A DNA stretch of 64,000 nucleotides from Sphyrna mokarran (GCA_024679065.1 JAGIQG010000006.1:8246001-8310000), one strand, 5' to 3'; shown: positions 50,448 through 63,830, numbered from the stretch's first letter. Notes: generated by a model from the sequence alone, not told the origin. Translations and numbers: made by a program.

Positions 50448-53400
50448 TGGTTTAATTTTTAGCCAGAGGATTGTTTTGCTATTCACTGTGATGGATTCAC
50501 TCTGCATTTGACCTGGGGCAGAATCCAACTGAGACGGAGATTGCATCTTGTAGAAAGTAAATGTCTTAACTACAACAACGCCGATTTGCATTTATATAGC
50601 ACCGTTAATCCAAGGTTCATCACAACAACACAAAGACATTTGAGCCATGCCACATGTGACGTTGGGCCGAATCTTCTAAGGAATCATCTTCAGGTTGTCA
50701 TTCGACTGCAGAGATTTATATCTCTCGCTTGCAGTTCCTCTGATCTGATTTATTATTGTCACATCTATTAACATACAGTGAAAAAGTATTGTTTCTTGTG
50801 CGCTACATAGACAAAGCATGCTGTTCTAGAGAAGGAAACGAGAAAGTACAAAATGTAATGTTACAGTTACAGCTAGGGTGTAGAGAAAGATCAACATAAT
50901 GCAAAGTAGGTCTATTCAAAAATCAGCTGGCAACACGGAAAAAGCTGAATTGATTGGTTTATGACCTCAGACTTTGGTATCTTTTTCCCGATGGAAGAAG
51001 GCATAAAAAAACTGTGTGCGGTTCTTGATTATGCGGCAGCTTTTCCGAGGCAGCAGGAAGTGTAGACAGAGTCAATGTTCGTGGATTCAGTCCTGCTCTG
51101 GAGATGTGAGCCCATGACTAAACCTGGCTGTCTGAGTTTTGCACCGAGGAAACGTTCGATCATTGTAGGTGCTGCTCTTAATTTGAAACAACAAACCAAG
51201 ATCTCACCTGAAAAGTCTTCAAAGAATAAGAATGTGGTGATTGTCATCATTGTCTCTTTAGGGGAAACACAGCAGAGTAAGGGTCACCTGACCTGGGAGA
51301 CCAATTAGGATGACAGTGGATAAGCATCCAGGGCGAGGAGCTCTAACTTAGGCAGAAGGCAATCTGAAGACATGTAGAAGACATGTGCGTACAGGGGCAT
51401 CCAGAGGGCTCCAAAAGACCCTAGAAGTGGGGAAATCCAGAGAGAGGGCAGTGAAAGACGCTAATGGACCAAGTGAAGGGCAACGAGGTAATTGCAGAAT
51501 GGAAACCCATTCCACACTTTGCTGGAGACAGACCCGGCCAACGGTGAAGTTAAGTAGAAATTGAAGTTCCGTTTATGTGATGTCTGTGGTCAGTAAGAAT
51601 ATGATGCATTCCCCTGGGAGGAAACGTAGAAATTGTTCAAAGCTCTTCTGTTCAAAATAGAACATCCATCTGCTAGGCTGAAGAGCAATCCTGGACTCCA
51701 CTGCCATTGATTCTTCAGAATTACAAGTCCAGTATTTCTGTCGATCTCTATGTTTGACTTCATTATACTGTTTAAAACTAGAAATCCAACTATACAATAG
51801 AGGAATATTCATGTTTTAAATTTCACACTAAGATAATAGACAAGTACAGATGGAAGATAAGATCCATTGGGAAGGCCCATCATTGTGAATAACTAAAGAT
51901 GTTAAACCCAAAGAGAACATATATAATTGTCTAAAGGCAAACTGCAGGTCAATGATTAGAAATAATGACAAAATGATTGATAAGCAGGGATTAACTAAAT
52001 TACAAGAAAAAAGACTAGCCAGAAATTTGAAAAAAGGTTATTACCATGTGTAATATAAAGGGCATTTACAAAGTGAGGACGTGTAAAAGAAAGAACATGG
52101 TCAGAGCAGGTTTGGAGGGCCAAAGGACGTGTTACTGTGCTGTAATGTTCTTTGTTCTCTGGAGGAGAAGTTAGAATCACAAAAACATAAGGACATTAGA
52201 ACTAGGAGCAGGAGTCAGCCATTGGCCCCTCGAGCCTGCTCCACCATTCAATAAGATCATGACTGATCTTACCCGCTCCACTCACCATAACCCTTACTTC
52301 CTTTACCGTTCAAAAATGTATTTATCCTTGCCTTAAAAAGATGAAATTATCAACAGCAAACTTGACAAAAAAAGCTGTCAAAAATTGACAAAATGAACTT
52401 AAAAGTAGAATAAATGAATGAGACAATGTGGAATAAGCTGAACTCCATAAATAAGCAACTAGAAAATAACAACAAGAATTGAATCTGGAGAATAAGTGCT
52501 TGAAAAAGGAAGCTTGATAATGAGAAATTAATGGAAGGGGTAAAAACAGTGAAATTGACAGCAGAATCAGCAATTCAGAGAAAGAAAATGAGATTACATG
52601 CCAGAAGAAGCTTGCTGAAATGGTCCTGGGAATGGAACAGCAGCAAGCCTACATGGAACAACTCCATACAAGACTATACCTGGAACTGTATATTGTTAAA
52701 GCTCATCAATAAAAGTGCTTATGTTTAAACACACACAAGTCTCAAGGTCTCATCAATGAGTCATCAAGGAATGTTTTCAAATCTGGAAGTACCTGATTGA
52801 CCTGTTATCGATATAATTGATGTCTCTGTGGGAATAAGGAGCAATGGACTGCTTCTACCAGAAGAAGAATCAGTTATGGCAGTTCCTGTTAATGTTAATC
52901 CTGTGGAAGCATCTCTGCAAAGATCTACAAGAATTGTGAAAGGCGCTATTGAAATAAAAGTCTATCTTTTTTCAGAAGAATTTGCTGCTCTCTTCTGTGC
53001 TTGTTGACATGGTGATGTTACCAAGGTGGGGAACTCTTGAAGCCTCCATTTTGGGGCACATGGTACCATGCGTTGGAAGTCCAATTCAATATGCACTCTT
53101 TAACTCAACCAAATCTCTTATAAACACGTTGTCCTTAACACCCAGGAGGCCGAATGGCCTGCTTCAGTCCCATATGTTGATCTCTTGTTGTCAGATAAAG
53201 AGTTACACGTTCCTCGCCTCTTGGTCCTGTTTCATTGCTTTGCAACAGTTGCGTAAATTACAGCTGGAAAAGAAAATTTGGTTTCAGGGCTTTTTTTTTA
53301 CATTGAATTGTTTAAAGTTTATTTATTAGTGTCATGAGTAGGCTTACATTAACACTGCAATGAAATTACTGTGAAAATCCCCTGGTCACCACACTTTGGC

Positions 53401-53834
53401 GTCTGTTTAGTACACAGAGAGAATTTAACATGACCAATCCACCTAACTGCACATCTTTTGGGCTATGGGAGGAAACTGGAGCACCTGGAGGAAACCGGAG
53501 CACCCGGAGGAAACCATGCAGGTATACAGACTCCACACAGGCTGGGAATTGAACCCAGCTCCCTGGCAGTGTGAAGCAGCAGTGCTAACCACTGTGCCAC
53601 CCTTATCAGAACTGCCTGACTTTCTACAGCTTTGTAACAGAGGAACTGAGAGGGAATCTTTCAGAATCGAATTGGTTATGAGCTGTGTCCGGTCAGAATG
53701 CTTTATCAGTGGTTGAATTATAAATGAGGACTGTTATCATACTGTTCTTAAATTGATTTATTGCAGACAGAAAGCAAATTCAAATTGTTGGATAATTATT
53801 TATTGGTGGCTGTGTGTTATTATCAGACACGATT

Positions 53835-55710
53835 CAGCAAAGAAGGACTAAGCGATTGATAAAGGAGAAATTACAGCATGAAATTAAGCTTGCAGGGAAC
53901 ATAAAGATTGACACTAAGAGTTTCTACAGGCGTGTGAAGAGAATGAGGTTGGTGAAGACAAATGTAGGTCCCCTACAGACAGAAATGGGGGAATACATAA
54001 TCGGGGACAAAGAAATAGCAAAGCAACTAAATACATACTTGGTTCATAAAAGAGGACACAAATCAAATGCCAGAAATGTTGGAGAATGCAAGATTTAGTG
54101 AGAGGGAAGACCTGAGGGAAATAAATATTAGTAGAGAAATGGCGCTGGGAAAACTGATGGGATTGAAAGTGGACAAATCCCCAGGATCTGATAATCTATA
54201 TCCCTTAGTAGTTAAGGAAGTGGCTCTAGAAATAGTGGATTCTACAGACGCTGAACAGTTCCTGCAGATTGGAGGGTAGTGAATGTCACTCCAATATTCA
54301 AAAAGGGAGGTACAGAGAAAACAGGGAATTATAGACTCGTAAGCTTAACATCGATAATGGGGAACATTCTCAAATCTTTTATCAAGGAAGTTATAGTGGA
54401 GCATTTAGAAAGCAATGGCAGGATCAGACAGAGTCAGTATGGATTTGTGAAGGGGAAATCATGCTCAACAAATCTATTGGAATTCTTTGAAGATGTAACT
54501 AGTAGAGGTGACAAAAGGAAACCAGTCAGTGTGGTATATTTGGACTTTCAGAAAGTGTTTGATAAAGTCCTGCATAAAAAATTATCGAGCAAGGTTAAAG
54601 TATATGGGGTTGGAGGAAATGTATCGAGATGGACAGAAAACTGGTTGGCAGAGAGGAAACAAAGAGTAGGAATTAATGAGTGTGTTTCAATTTGGCAGGC
54701 AGTAACTAGTGGGGTGCCACAGGGATTGGTGCTGGGACCCAGCTATTCAGAATATATATTAATGATTTGGATGGGGAGGCAAAATGTAACATCTCAAAGC
54801 TTACAGATGATACTAAGTTGGGTAGGAGGGTGAACTGTGACGAGGATGCAGAGATCCTTCAACATGATCTGGGCAGGTTGTGAAAGTGGGCCTATCAAGG
54901 GCAGATGCCCATAATTTGGATAAATGTGAGATTATTCACTTTAGAAGCAAAAACAAGGAGGCAGATTACTGCCTGAATGGTTGTAAATTGGGAGGGGGGA
55001 GTGTGCAGAGGAACCTGGGTGTCCTTGTGTATCAGTCACTGAAGGTAAGCGTGCAGGTGCAGCAGGCGGTAAAGAGGCAAATGGTATGTTGGCGTTTATT
55101 GAGAGAGGTTTGGAGTACAGGAGCAGGGATGTGTTGTTACAATTATACAGAGGCCCTAGTGAAGCCACACTTAGAGTATTGTATACAGTTTTGGTCTCCT
55201 TTTCTGAGAAAAAGGTGTTCTTGCTCTCAAGAGAGTGCAACAAAGGTTTACCAGGTTGATTCTGGGGATGGCGGGACTGATGTATGAGGAGAGATGGATT
55301 AGGTTAGGATTGTTTTCATTGGAGTTCAGATGAATGAGGGGGGAATCTCATAAAGACTTATAAAATTCTACCAGGACTGGACAGCGTAAATGCAGGGAGA
55401 ATATTCCTGATGGTGGAGGAGTCCAGGACCAGGGGTCACAGTTTGAGGATTCAGGTACATGACTTAGGATGGAGGTGAGGAGAGTGATGAGTCTGTGGAA
55501 TTCATTACCACAGGATGTAATTAATGTTAAACATTGAATACATTCAAGAGGCGGCTAGATATAACACTTGGGGTGAACGGGATCAAAGGTTATGGGGAGA
55601 AAGCAGAATTAGGCGACTGAATTGGATAATCAGTCATGATCATGATGAATGGTGGAGTAGGCTCAAAGGGCCAAATGGCCTCCCCATGCTCCTATCTTCT
55701 CTGTTTCTAT
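53835..55710 (+). mobile_element. CR1 LINE ORF2 RT region, decayed
   Basis: ORFs 53814-54098, 54067-54279, 54279-54833 and 54880-55287. Confidence 0.88.
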
Positions 55711-56166
55711 GATATGGAAGGAGTGGAGCTCGGACTGACAGAACAAGGAAGTGGTGGCATTGGAGACCATTCAGAGGAGGTTCACCAGATTGATTCCAGG
55801 GCTGTTGTATGAGGGGTGGTTGAATAGCTTGGATTTGTACTGGCTGGTGTTCAGGAGAATGAGAGGGGATTGGATTGAGCTATATAAAATGCTAAAGGGA
55901 TTGATAAGGTGGGATGTTGAACAGATGTTCCTCCTTGTAGGACAGTCTAGAACCAGAGGTCATAAATATTGGGGCGAATGTTCCCATTTCGCCTGCCGTA
56001 TGCACTGTAGCAGTCGAGGGTTAGACTATGGAAAGGTCCATTGATCTCGGGTGGGATTTTCCAATTTCAGGGCGAGCATGGCCGGAAAATTCCCACCCAT
56101 AGAGTGAGAGAAGATTGGTTCATAGCTGAGATGAGAAGAAACAATTTCTCTCAGATAGTTACAGTT

Positions 56167-56695
56167 ACTATCTGTAACTCCCAATCCCATTTAATCCCAT
56201 GTACTCCTCCAGAAGTCTCTTAAAAGACCCTAGCGAGTTCCCCTCTACCACCAACGTCGGCAGCCGATTCCATTCACTCACTACCCTCTGAGTGAAAAAC
56301 TTACCTCTAACATCTCCTCTGTACTTGCTGCCCAGCACCTTAAACCTGTGTCCTCTCATAGTGACCATTTCAGCTCTGGGAAATAGCCTCTGAGAATCCA
56401 CCCTATCTATTCCTCTCAACATTTTATAAACCTCTATCAGGTCGCCTCCCAACCTTCGTCTCTTCAGGGAGAAGAGACCTAGCTCTCTCAACCTATCTTC
56501 ATAAGGCATGCCCCCCAATCCAGGCAACATCCTTGTAAATCTCCTCTGCACCCTCTCAATGGCTTCCACATCCTTCCTATAGTGAGGCGATCAGAACTGC
56601 GCACAGTACTCCAAGGGAGTCTGGCTATGGTTTTATACAGCAGCAGCATTACCTCCCGATTCCTAAACTCAATCCCTCGATTTATGAAGGCCAGA
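56167..56695 (-). mobile_element. Young CR1 3' fragment (family of 62046-63830)
   Basis: ORF 56168-56569 nearly identical to the C-terminus of 62135-63826. Confidence 0.9.
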
Positions 56696-57552
56696 TCATG
56701 AAGGCCTGATCAGAAGGAAGATCATGTTACATTGCAGAGCAGGCTCGAAGGGCTGAATTGGCCACTCTCATTCCTAATTTCAATGTTCCGATCTGACATA
56801 CACCAAGGATATGGGACAAGGGATTAGCTGGAAAATGGGATTAGTGTGGCCTTCATGGTTGATTTTGTCAGTGCAGGTTCGATGGGCCAAAGGGCCTTTT
56901 CTGTGCTTTGAGATTACTCTATATTAAGGAGTTGTTGAATTGAGCCCCTTGTAAACCTTGCTTGTCCCAAAACCATAAAACCCTGTCCAAGTTCAACAGA
57001 CTTTCCCATTATCTGCCCCTTGCCCACTCCATTTCCCACGACGGGTGGGATGGTGAAATTCCGACCATTATTCTTAATTCTCTTCCCCCAATCGAGAGAC
57101 ACACAAGGCAACTTTTTTTTCACCTATTTTTGAATAACACCTGATGTTGGAGGGATGGAGAAGGGTTATTTTTCCCTGGAACAGATCCCTATTCTATATC
57201 CATCAGGCCTGATCAGGAGATTCTGCTGCTCACCTTAGGAAAAATGGGAAAGATTCACAGAGATTCCAACCAAAACTCCATTCACTCACATTGGCATCAG
57301 AGAATCCCAGCCTGGGAACAGGATCGACGTTTAAGACCCATGTCTCAAATTATTCATATACTGCATCCAAAAAATATTATTTCCTGGAAGAAATCCAGTC
57401 AGGAAGCCAAGTACCCTCTGTTACTGATAGGCTGCCCCCACTGAACTGATAACTGAATGAGAGGCTGGAGTTCAGCCAAAACAAATCCCCTGTCTGATAA
57501 ACTGGTCACAATTTAACTTGGCACAGCAAAAGTGCTGCCTTTTGGCTAGTGA

Positions 57553-57862
57553 AGGGTGGCATGATGGCACAGTGGTTAGCACTGCTGCCTCACAGTGCCA
57601 GGGACCCTGGTTCGATTCTTGGCTCGGATCACTGTCTGTGTGGAATCTGCACATTCTCCCCATGTCTGCATGGGTTTCCTCCGGGTGCTCCGGTTTCCTC
57701 CCACAATCTGAAAGACGTGCAGGTTAGGTTGATTGGTTGTGCTAAATTGGCCCTTAGTGTCAGGGGGACTAGTAAGGTAAATGGGGTTGTGGGGGTAGGG
57801 TTTGGGTGGAATTATGGTCGGTGCAGACTCGATGGTCTCACTCTGTACTGTAGGGATTCTAT
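57553..57862 (+). mobile_element. HE1-like V-SINE, full length
   Basis: A box TGGCACAGTGG, B box GGTTCGATTC, V-domain and CR1-like tail. Confidence 0.88.
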
Positions 57863-59589
57863 GTAAACCTTGAGATGTTGAGAAAATTTCCTGCTGCACT
57901 TGATCCCAGTAATTTCACCAGGGTTTCTCCCATTGCTAACCCCTGACTCTCACCACCCCCTGACACCCCCTCACTAATGACCCCAGCACTGGAGTGAACA
58001 GGGGCACAATGAGAAGCCCAATTCACAGTCATTGTTCTAAAGGATCCATAACTCTTTGTTTTGCCAGTTGCAGTGAGCTGAGAAGTTTAACACTGAGTTA
58101 GAGAAAGAATCTGAGTTAATGGCTATCTTTTAGTTGCTATTCCTTACCTGTCTCTTCTTGGTAAGGGTTTTGAATGTTAACATTACTGTACACAGACTCT
58201 TCTTTAGGTTTCTGTGGCCCTGGAAAGGATACAATCGTTGTTATCTGCAAACCTTTTATACAACTAAATAGCAAAGCAATAAATCCAACAATAACTCGCA
58301 TTTACCTAGCACCCAAAACACAGTGAAATGTCCCAAGGCACTTCTCAGGAGAGCTAATCAAAAACAGTTTGACACTGAGACAAGAGTAGAGATAGTAGAG
58401 ATAAGGGGGCTACTTTGGGGGCATTCAAATGGTCGGTGGATAGGCATATGGATGATATTGGAATAGTTTAGGTTAGAGGGTCCACTGGCCGGCGCAACAT
58501 CGAGGGCCGAAGGGCCTGTACTGCGCTGTAATGTTCTATATTCTATGTTCTAAGGACACAAGGGTTAGCCGTCAGAGCAGGCCATTCGGCCCATCAAACC
58601 CACTCTGCCATTTCATAAGATCATGGAAATACAGAAAACAGAAGTAGGAGGTAGGTCATTTGGCCTTTCCAGCCTGGTCTGCAATTCATTATCATCATGG
58701 CTGATTATCCAACTCAATAACCTGATATGCCCTTTCTCCCTTTAGTCACAAGAGCTATATCTAACTATTTCCTGGAATCACATGTTCTGGCCTCAACTAC
58801 ACTCTATGGTAGCGAATTCACCGCCCACTGGGTGAAGGAATTTCTCCTCACCTCAGTTCTAAAAGGTTTACCCCTTATCCTCAAACTATGAACCCTAGTT
58901 CTGGACCATCGGGAACATTCTTTCTGAATCTGCCTCATCAAAACTTGTTAGAATTTTATAAGTTTCGATGAGATCCCCTTTCACACTTCTAACCTCCAGT
59001 GAATATAATCCTAACTGACTTAGTCTCTCCTCTTATAAGGGACCTGCCATCCCAGGAATCAGCCTGGTAAACCTTCACTCCCTCTACAGCAAGGGCATCC
59101 TTCCTCAGATAAGGAGACTGATTGATTGGATTGTGAGTTTAACTCCACTTTCCGACCTGTTTCCCAAAACCCTCGAATTCCTGTGAGTTTTGTGAGTCTT
59201 GAATCTTGAAATGACTCGAAATCTACCAGATCTGCCATCAAACTCCTCACAGTGAGCAAGCCAGCAAACTTTAAAGCCCAATTCGTTACACATACAGAGT
59301 ACTTGGCCAGTCATCATTCATTGAAAATGGTGTCTGATTGTGTCATGATAATTGACACTCACGCGTACCGTGCTCACAAATGCCGCTGCGCTGTCTGACT
59401 CCCTGCTGGCTGAGAGGCCTGCTCTGGAGGAGTGAAGGAGGTAAAGCTACGAGCCCAGTGCTGCTGCTGAGGTCAACTTGTTGAATAATGCTGCTGAGTG
59501 TCTGATTCCTCAACTGGGTGTCCCGACTTTAACAATGTGGGAAAATGTCCCACAGCTTAGACTGGATTCATCTGGGGGGAGGGGAGAGG

Positions 59590-60165
59590 AAGGCATCAAT
59601 GGGGCATGCTTCCTCACTCCAGACCTCCTGGGAGGAGCACATTTCCCCCTCACCGCTGACCTCCTGGGGGGGGGGGGGCCTCAATGGGCACATTCCCCTC
59701 ACCACTGACCTCCTGGGGAGACCTCAATGGGCACATTCCCCTCACCACTGACCTCCTGGGGAGACCTCAATGGGCACATTCCCCTCACCACTGACCTCCT
59801 GGGGAGACCTCAATGGGCACATCCCCCCACCACTGACCTCCGGGGTGGGGGGGGGCCTCAATGAGCACATCGCCCCCCACCACTGACCTCCTGGGGGGGG
59901 GTCTTAATGGGCACATCCCCTCACCGCTGACCTTGTGGGGGGGGCCTCAATGGGCACATCCCCTCACCGCTGACCTTGTGGGGGGGCCTCAATGGCACAC
60001 CCCTCACGCTGACCTTGGGGGGGGCCTCAATGAGCACATCCCCTCACCGCTGACCTTGTGGGGGGGGGCCTCAATGGGCACATCCCCCCCACCACTGATC
60101 TCCTGGGGGGGCTCAGTGGGCACATTCCCCCATGCCTGACCTCCTTGGGGGGGCCTCAATGGCCT
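59590..60165 (+). repeat. ~43-bp GC-rich minisatellite with a variable G-run (~13 units)
   Basis: Unit CCTCAATGGGCACATTCCCCTCACCACTGACCTCCTGGGG(G/AGA)n. Confidence 0.93.
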
Positions 60166-61042
60166 CTGTTCCTCCAGCGGGGTCAGTCACCTGTTTTGAT
60201 TTGATTTATTATTGTCACATGTGTTAATATATAGTGAAAAGGGGAGAGCTTTTGCTAACCCAGCTGGAGTGAACTCCTGGTGGAGGAGGGGTGGGGCGGG
60301 GAGGTTGATAGTGGGCCCAGTGATTTCAGTCCCGGGTCCATTAACCAGATGCAAATTCAATTATAAATATTGAAATCAGACCCACGTCGCTGATGCTGCT
60401 ACAAATTTTCATCAATTTTCTGACATGCCACTGATCTTTGTGAATTATACATTTTTTCTTTCAGTTGATACTATCTTTAACTTTCTTAGAACGAAGAACA
60501 AAGAAGATTACAGCACAGGAACAGGCCCTTCAGCCCTCCAAACCATTGACCTGACTTAACTAAAACCCCCTACCCTTCCAGGGACCATATCCCTCTACTC
60601 CCATCCATGTCAAGATGCTCCTTAAAATACACTACTGGATCTGTTTCCACTACCATCCCCAGCAGCGAGTTCTAAGCACCCTCCACCCTCTGTGTAAAAT
60701 ACTTGCCTCATACTTTTCCTTTAAATCTTGCCCCTTACACCTTAAACCTGTGCCTTCTAGTAATTGATTTTTCCACTCTGGGAAAAAGCTTCTATCCAGT
60801 TAGCCCCGGATGGTGTGTCCTCCTCCTAGAGTCTTTTTAGCGGAATGTAACTTTACTCAGTGTTATAAAATATCTCCTTAAATGTCTGCATCTACATCTG
60901 TAACTGATCTTCCCTTGAAGCTAATTTCCCAGTTTGCGTTAGTTAGCTGCATCTCACAACCTTGCAATTATGTTTATTCAACTCTAGCACTCAATCTGAT
61001 TTTTTCTCTCTCAAACTGTTTAATTTGTTTAAATACTTTAAT

Positions 61043-61466
61043 TGTTTCCACCGGCTATTCGGTCCACCTTGTTGACCAACAAGGTGCATGCATTCGGCAG
61101 GTCGTGCGAAGGCTGCTCCTGGAGGTTACTTCAGGAGTGGCCTTGTGCTTCACGTCGTTAGTGTATGCTTAAACTGGACCATCAGATGGGCAACATGACA
61201 GCTCAGAGGCTATCGCTGTTGCTGTGCAGACACATGGATTTGGGCCTGTGTCTGCGGGAGTTTGCGCGTTCTCCCCGTGGTTGCGTGGGTTTTCTCCGGG
61301 TGCTCCGGTTTCCTCCCACATCCCAAAAATGTGCTCTTAGGCTGATTGGGTAACAAATTGCCCCTATATTGGTCTCTATATGTCATTAAGACGTTAGGAT
61401 GGCGGCACGGGCTCGTTGGGCCGAAGGGCCTGTTTCCCGTGCTGTGTTGTTCTTTGTTCTTTGTTC
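61043..61466 (+). mobile_element. Copy of the CR1 3' module (structured domain + captured V-SINE + tail) with no adjacent ORF2
   Basis: Highly similar to 9090-9512; the upstream ~240 nt is unrelated to the other copies. Confidence 0.88.
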
Positions 61467-62045
61467 AAACTGAATGTGAAATTCAATCATATTATATTCA
61501 CTGCCATCTGAAAGCTTTCTTTAATGAAGTTATTAATTAATCCCCCCTTATTGCACATTACCAGAATACCCTGCTCTCTGATTGCTTGTAGATTGTGCTG
61601 CTCTAAGAAATTGTCCCAAAAACATTTTTTCAAGTTACCATTTCCAATTTGTTTGACTGAATTTTTCAATTAGATTCAGTCTGATTCACCCAGTCTATGT
61701 TTATATTAAAATCATACATGATTATTGCTGCTCCTTTCTTAAAAGCCCCCAATCCTTCTTCCTGTATATCCTATCCTACAGTGTCGTTATTATATGGGGT
61801 CTATAAACTAAGGTCATCTCTCAGTATTGTACTGTCATCTTTAATTAACAGGGCTATTTGTCCAAATGTTATTAACCTCCTGCCCTTCCTAAAGGAACCT
61901 TGAATAACCAGGTCCTACCCTCAGCTCTGTAATGACCATCAGATCATCTATATTTATTTCTATTTCCACTGACAATTCATCTGGTTTGTTACAAATGCCA
62001 TTTACGACCAGATATAGAGCCTTTAATTCTATGGTTTTACTATTT

Positions 62046-63830
62046 AGAACATAGAACATAGAACACTACAGCACAAACTGGCCCTTCGGCCCACAAGTTG
62101 TGCCGAACACATCAAAACCTACCCAGCCATAGACCTATCTATAACCCCCAATCCCATTGGATCCCATATACTCATCCAGAAGTCTTTTAAAAGACCCCAG
62201 CGAGTTCGCCTCGACCACCACCGACGGCAGCCGATTCCATTCACTCACCACCCTCTGAGTGAAAAACTTTCCCCTAGCATCCCCTCTGTACTTGCTTCCC
62301 TGCACCTTAAATCTGTGCCCTCTCGTCGCGACCATTTCAGCCCTGGGAAATAGTCTCTGAGAGTCCACCCTATCTATTCCTCTCAACATCTTGTAAACCT
62401 CTATCAGGTCGCCTCTCAACCTTCGTCTCTCCAGGGAGAACAGTCCCAGCTCCCTCAACCTGTCTTCATAAGGCATGCCTCCCAATCCAGGCAACATCCT
62501 TGTAAATCTCCTCTGCACCCTTTCAATAGCTTCCACGTCCTTCCTATAGTGAGGCGACCAGAACTGCGCACAGTACTCCAAGTGTGGTCTGACAAGGGTC
62601 CTATAAAGCTGCAGTATTACCTCCTGACTCCTGAACTCAATCTCTCGATGAATGAAGACCAGTACACCATAAGCTTTCTTAACCACATCCTCCACCTGGG
62701 AGGCCGATTTGAGAGTCTTATGGACCCGGACCCCAAGATCCCTCTGCTCTTCCACACAGCTAAAACTCCTACCTTTGATAGTGTACTCATTCATCCCGTT
62801 GGATCTGCCAAAATGGACCACAACACATTTATCCGCGTTGAAGTCCATCTGCCACTTCTCCGCCCAGTCTTGCATCCTGTCGATGTCATGCTGCAACTTC
62901 TGACATCCCTCCAGACCATCCACAACACCACCGACCTTCGTGTCATCGGCGAACTTACTCACCCATCCCTCCACTTCCTCATCCAGGTCATTTATGAAAA
63001 TGACAAACAGCAAGGGTCCTAGAACAGATCCCTGGGGCACTCCACTGGTGACCGACCTCCATGCAGAAAAAGAGCCATCCACAACCACCCTCTGCCTTCT
63101 GCAGGCAAGCCAGTTCTGGATCCACAAGGCCAAAGCCCCTTGGATCCCATGGCCTCTCACCTTCTCAAGAAGTCTTGCATGTGGGACCTTGTCAAATGCC
63201 TTGCTGAAGTCCATGTACACCACGTCCACTGCTCTTCCTTCGTCAATATGTTCAGTCACATTTTCAAAGAACTCAATTAAGCTCGTAAGGCACGACCTGC
63301 CTTTTACAAAACCATGTTGACTATTTCTAATCAACCTAAACTTCTCCAAATGCTCGTAAATCTTGTCCCTCAGAAGACTCTCCATCAGCTTACCAACCAC
63401 TGAGGTCAGACTCACCGGTCGGTAATTTCCAGGACTATCCCTGTTCCCTTTCTTGAAAATAGGGACCACATCCGCAATCCTCCAATCCTCCGGAACCTCT
63501 CCCGTCTCCATCGACGACGCAAAGATCATCGCCAGGGGCTCTGCAATGACATCCCTCACCTCCCACAATAACCTGGGGTACATCCCATCTGGTCCCGGAG
63601 ACTTGTCTATCTTGATAGCATTTAAAAGTTCTAACACATCCGCTTCCTTAATATCTACATACTCAATCTTTTCAGTCTGCCGCAAACTTGTAGTGCATCC
63701 TCCCAGATCACTTTCCACTATGAATACTGAGGCAAAGTACTCATTAAGCACCTCTGCCATTTCTTCCAGTTCCATACAGACATTTCCCCCTTCACCTTTT
63801 ATAGGTCCTATCCCTTCTCTTCTCATCCTT
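62046..63830 (-). mobile_element. Young 5'-truncated CR1 LINE with an uninterrupted 563-aa RT ORF
   Basis: ORF 62135-63826: KSPGPDG, YRPVSLTS, QHGF, DFSKAFD, GVPQGSVLGP, FADD; (AGAACAT)n tail at ~62046-62066. Confidence 0.95.

Noticed and set aside
57553-57625. tRNA gene-like A/B boxes here and at many other sites
   Set aside because: They are SINE heads followed by a V- or Deu-type body and a LINE-like tail, not cloverleaf tRNA genes
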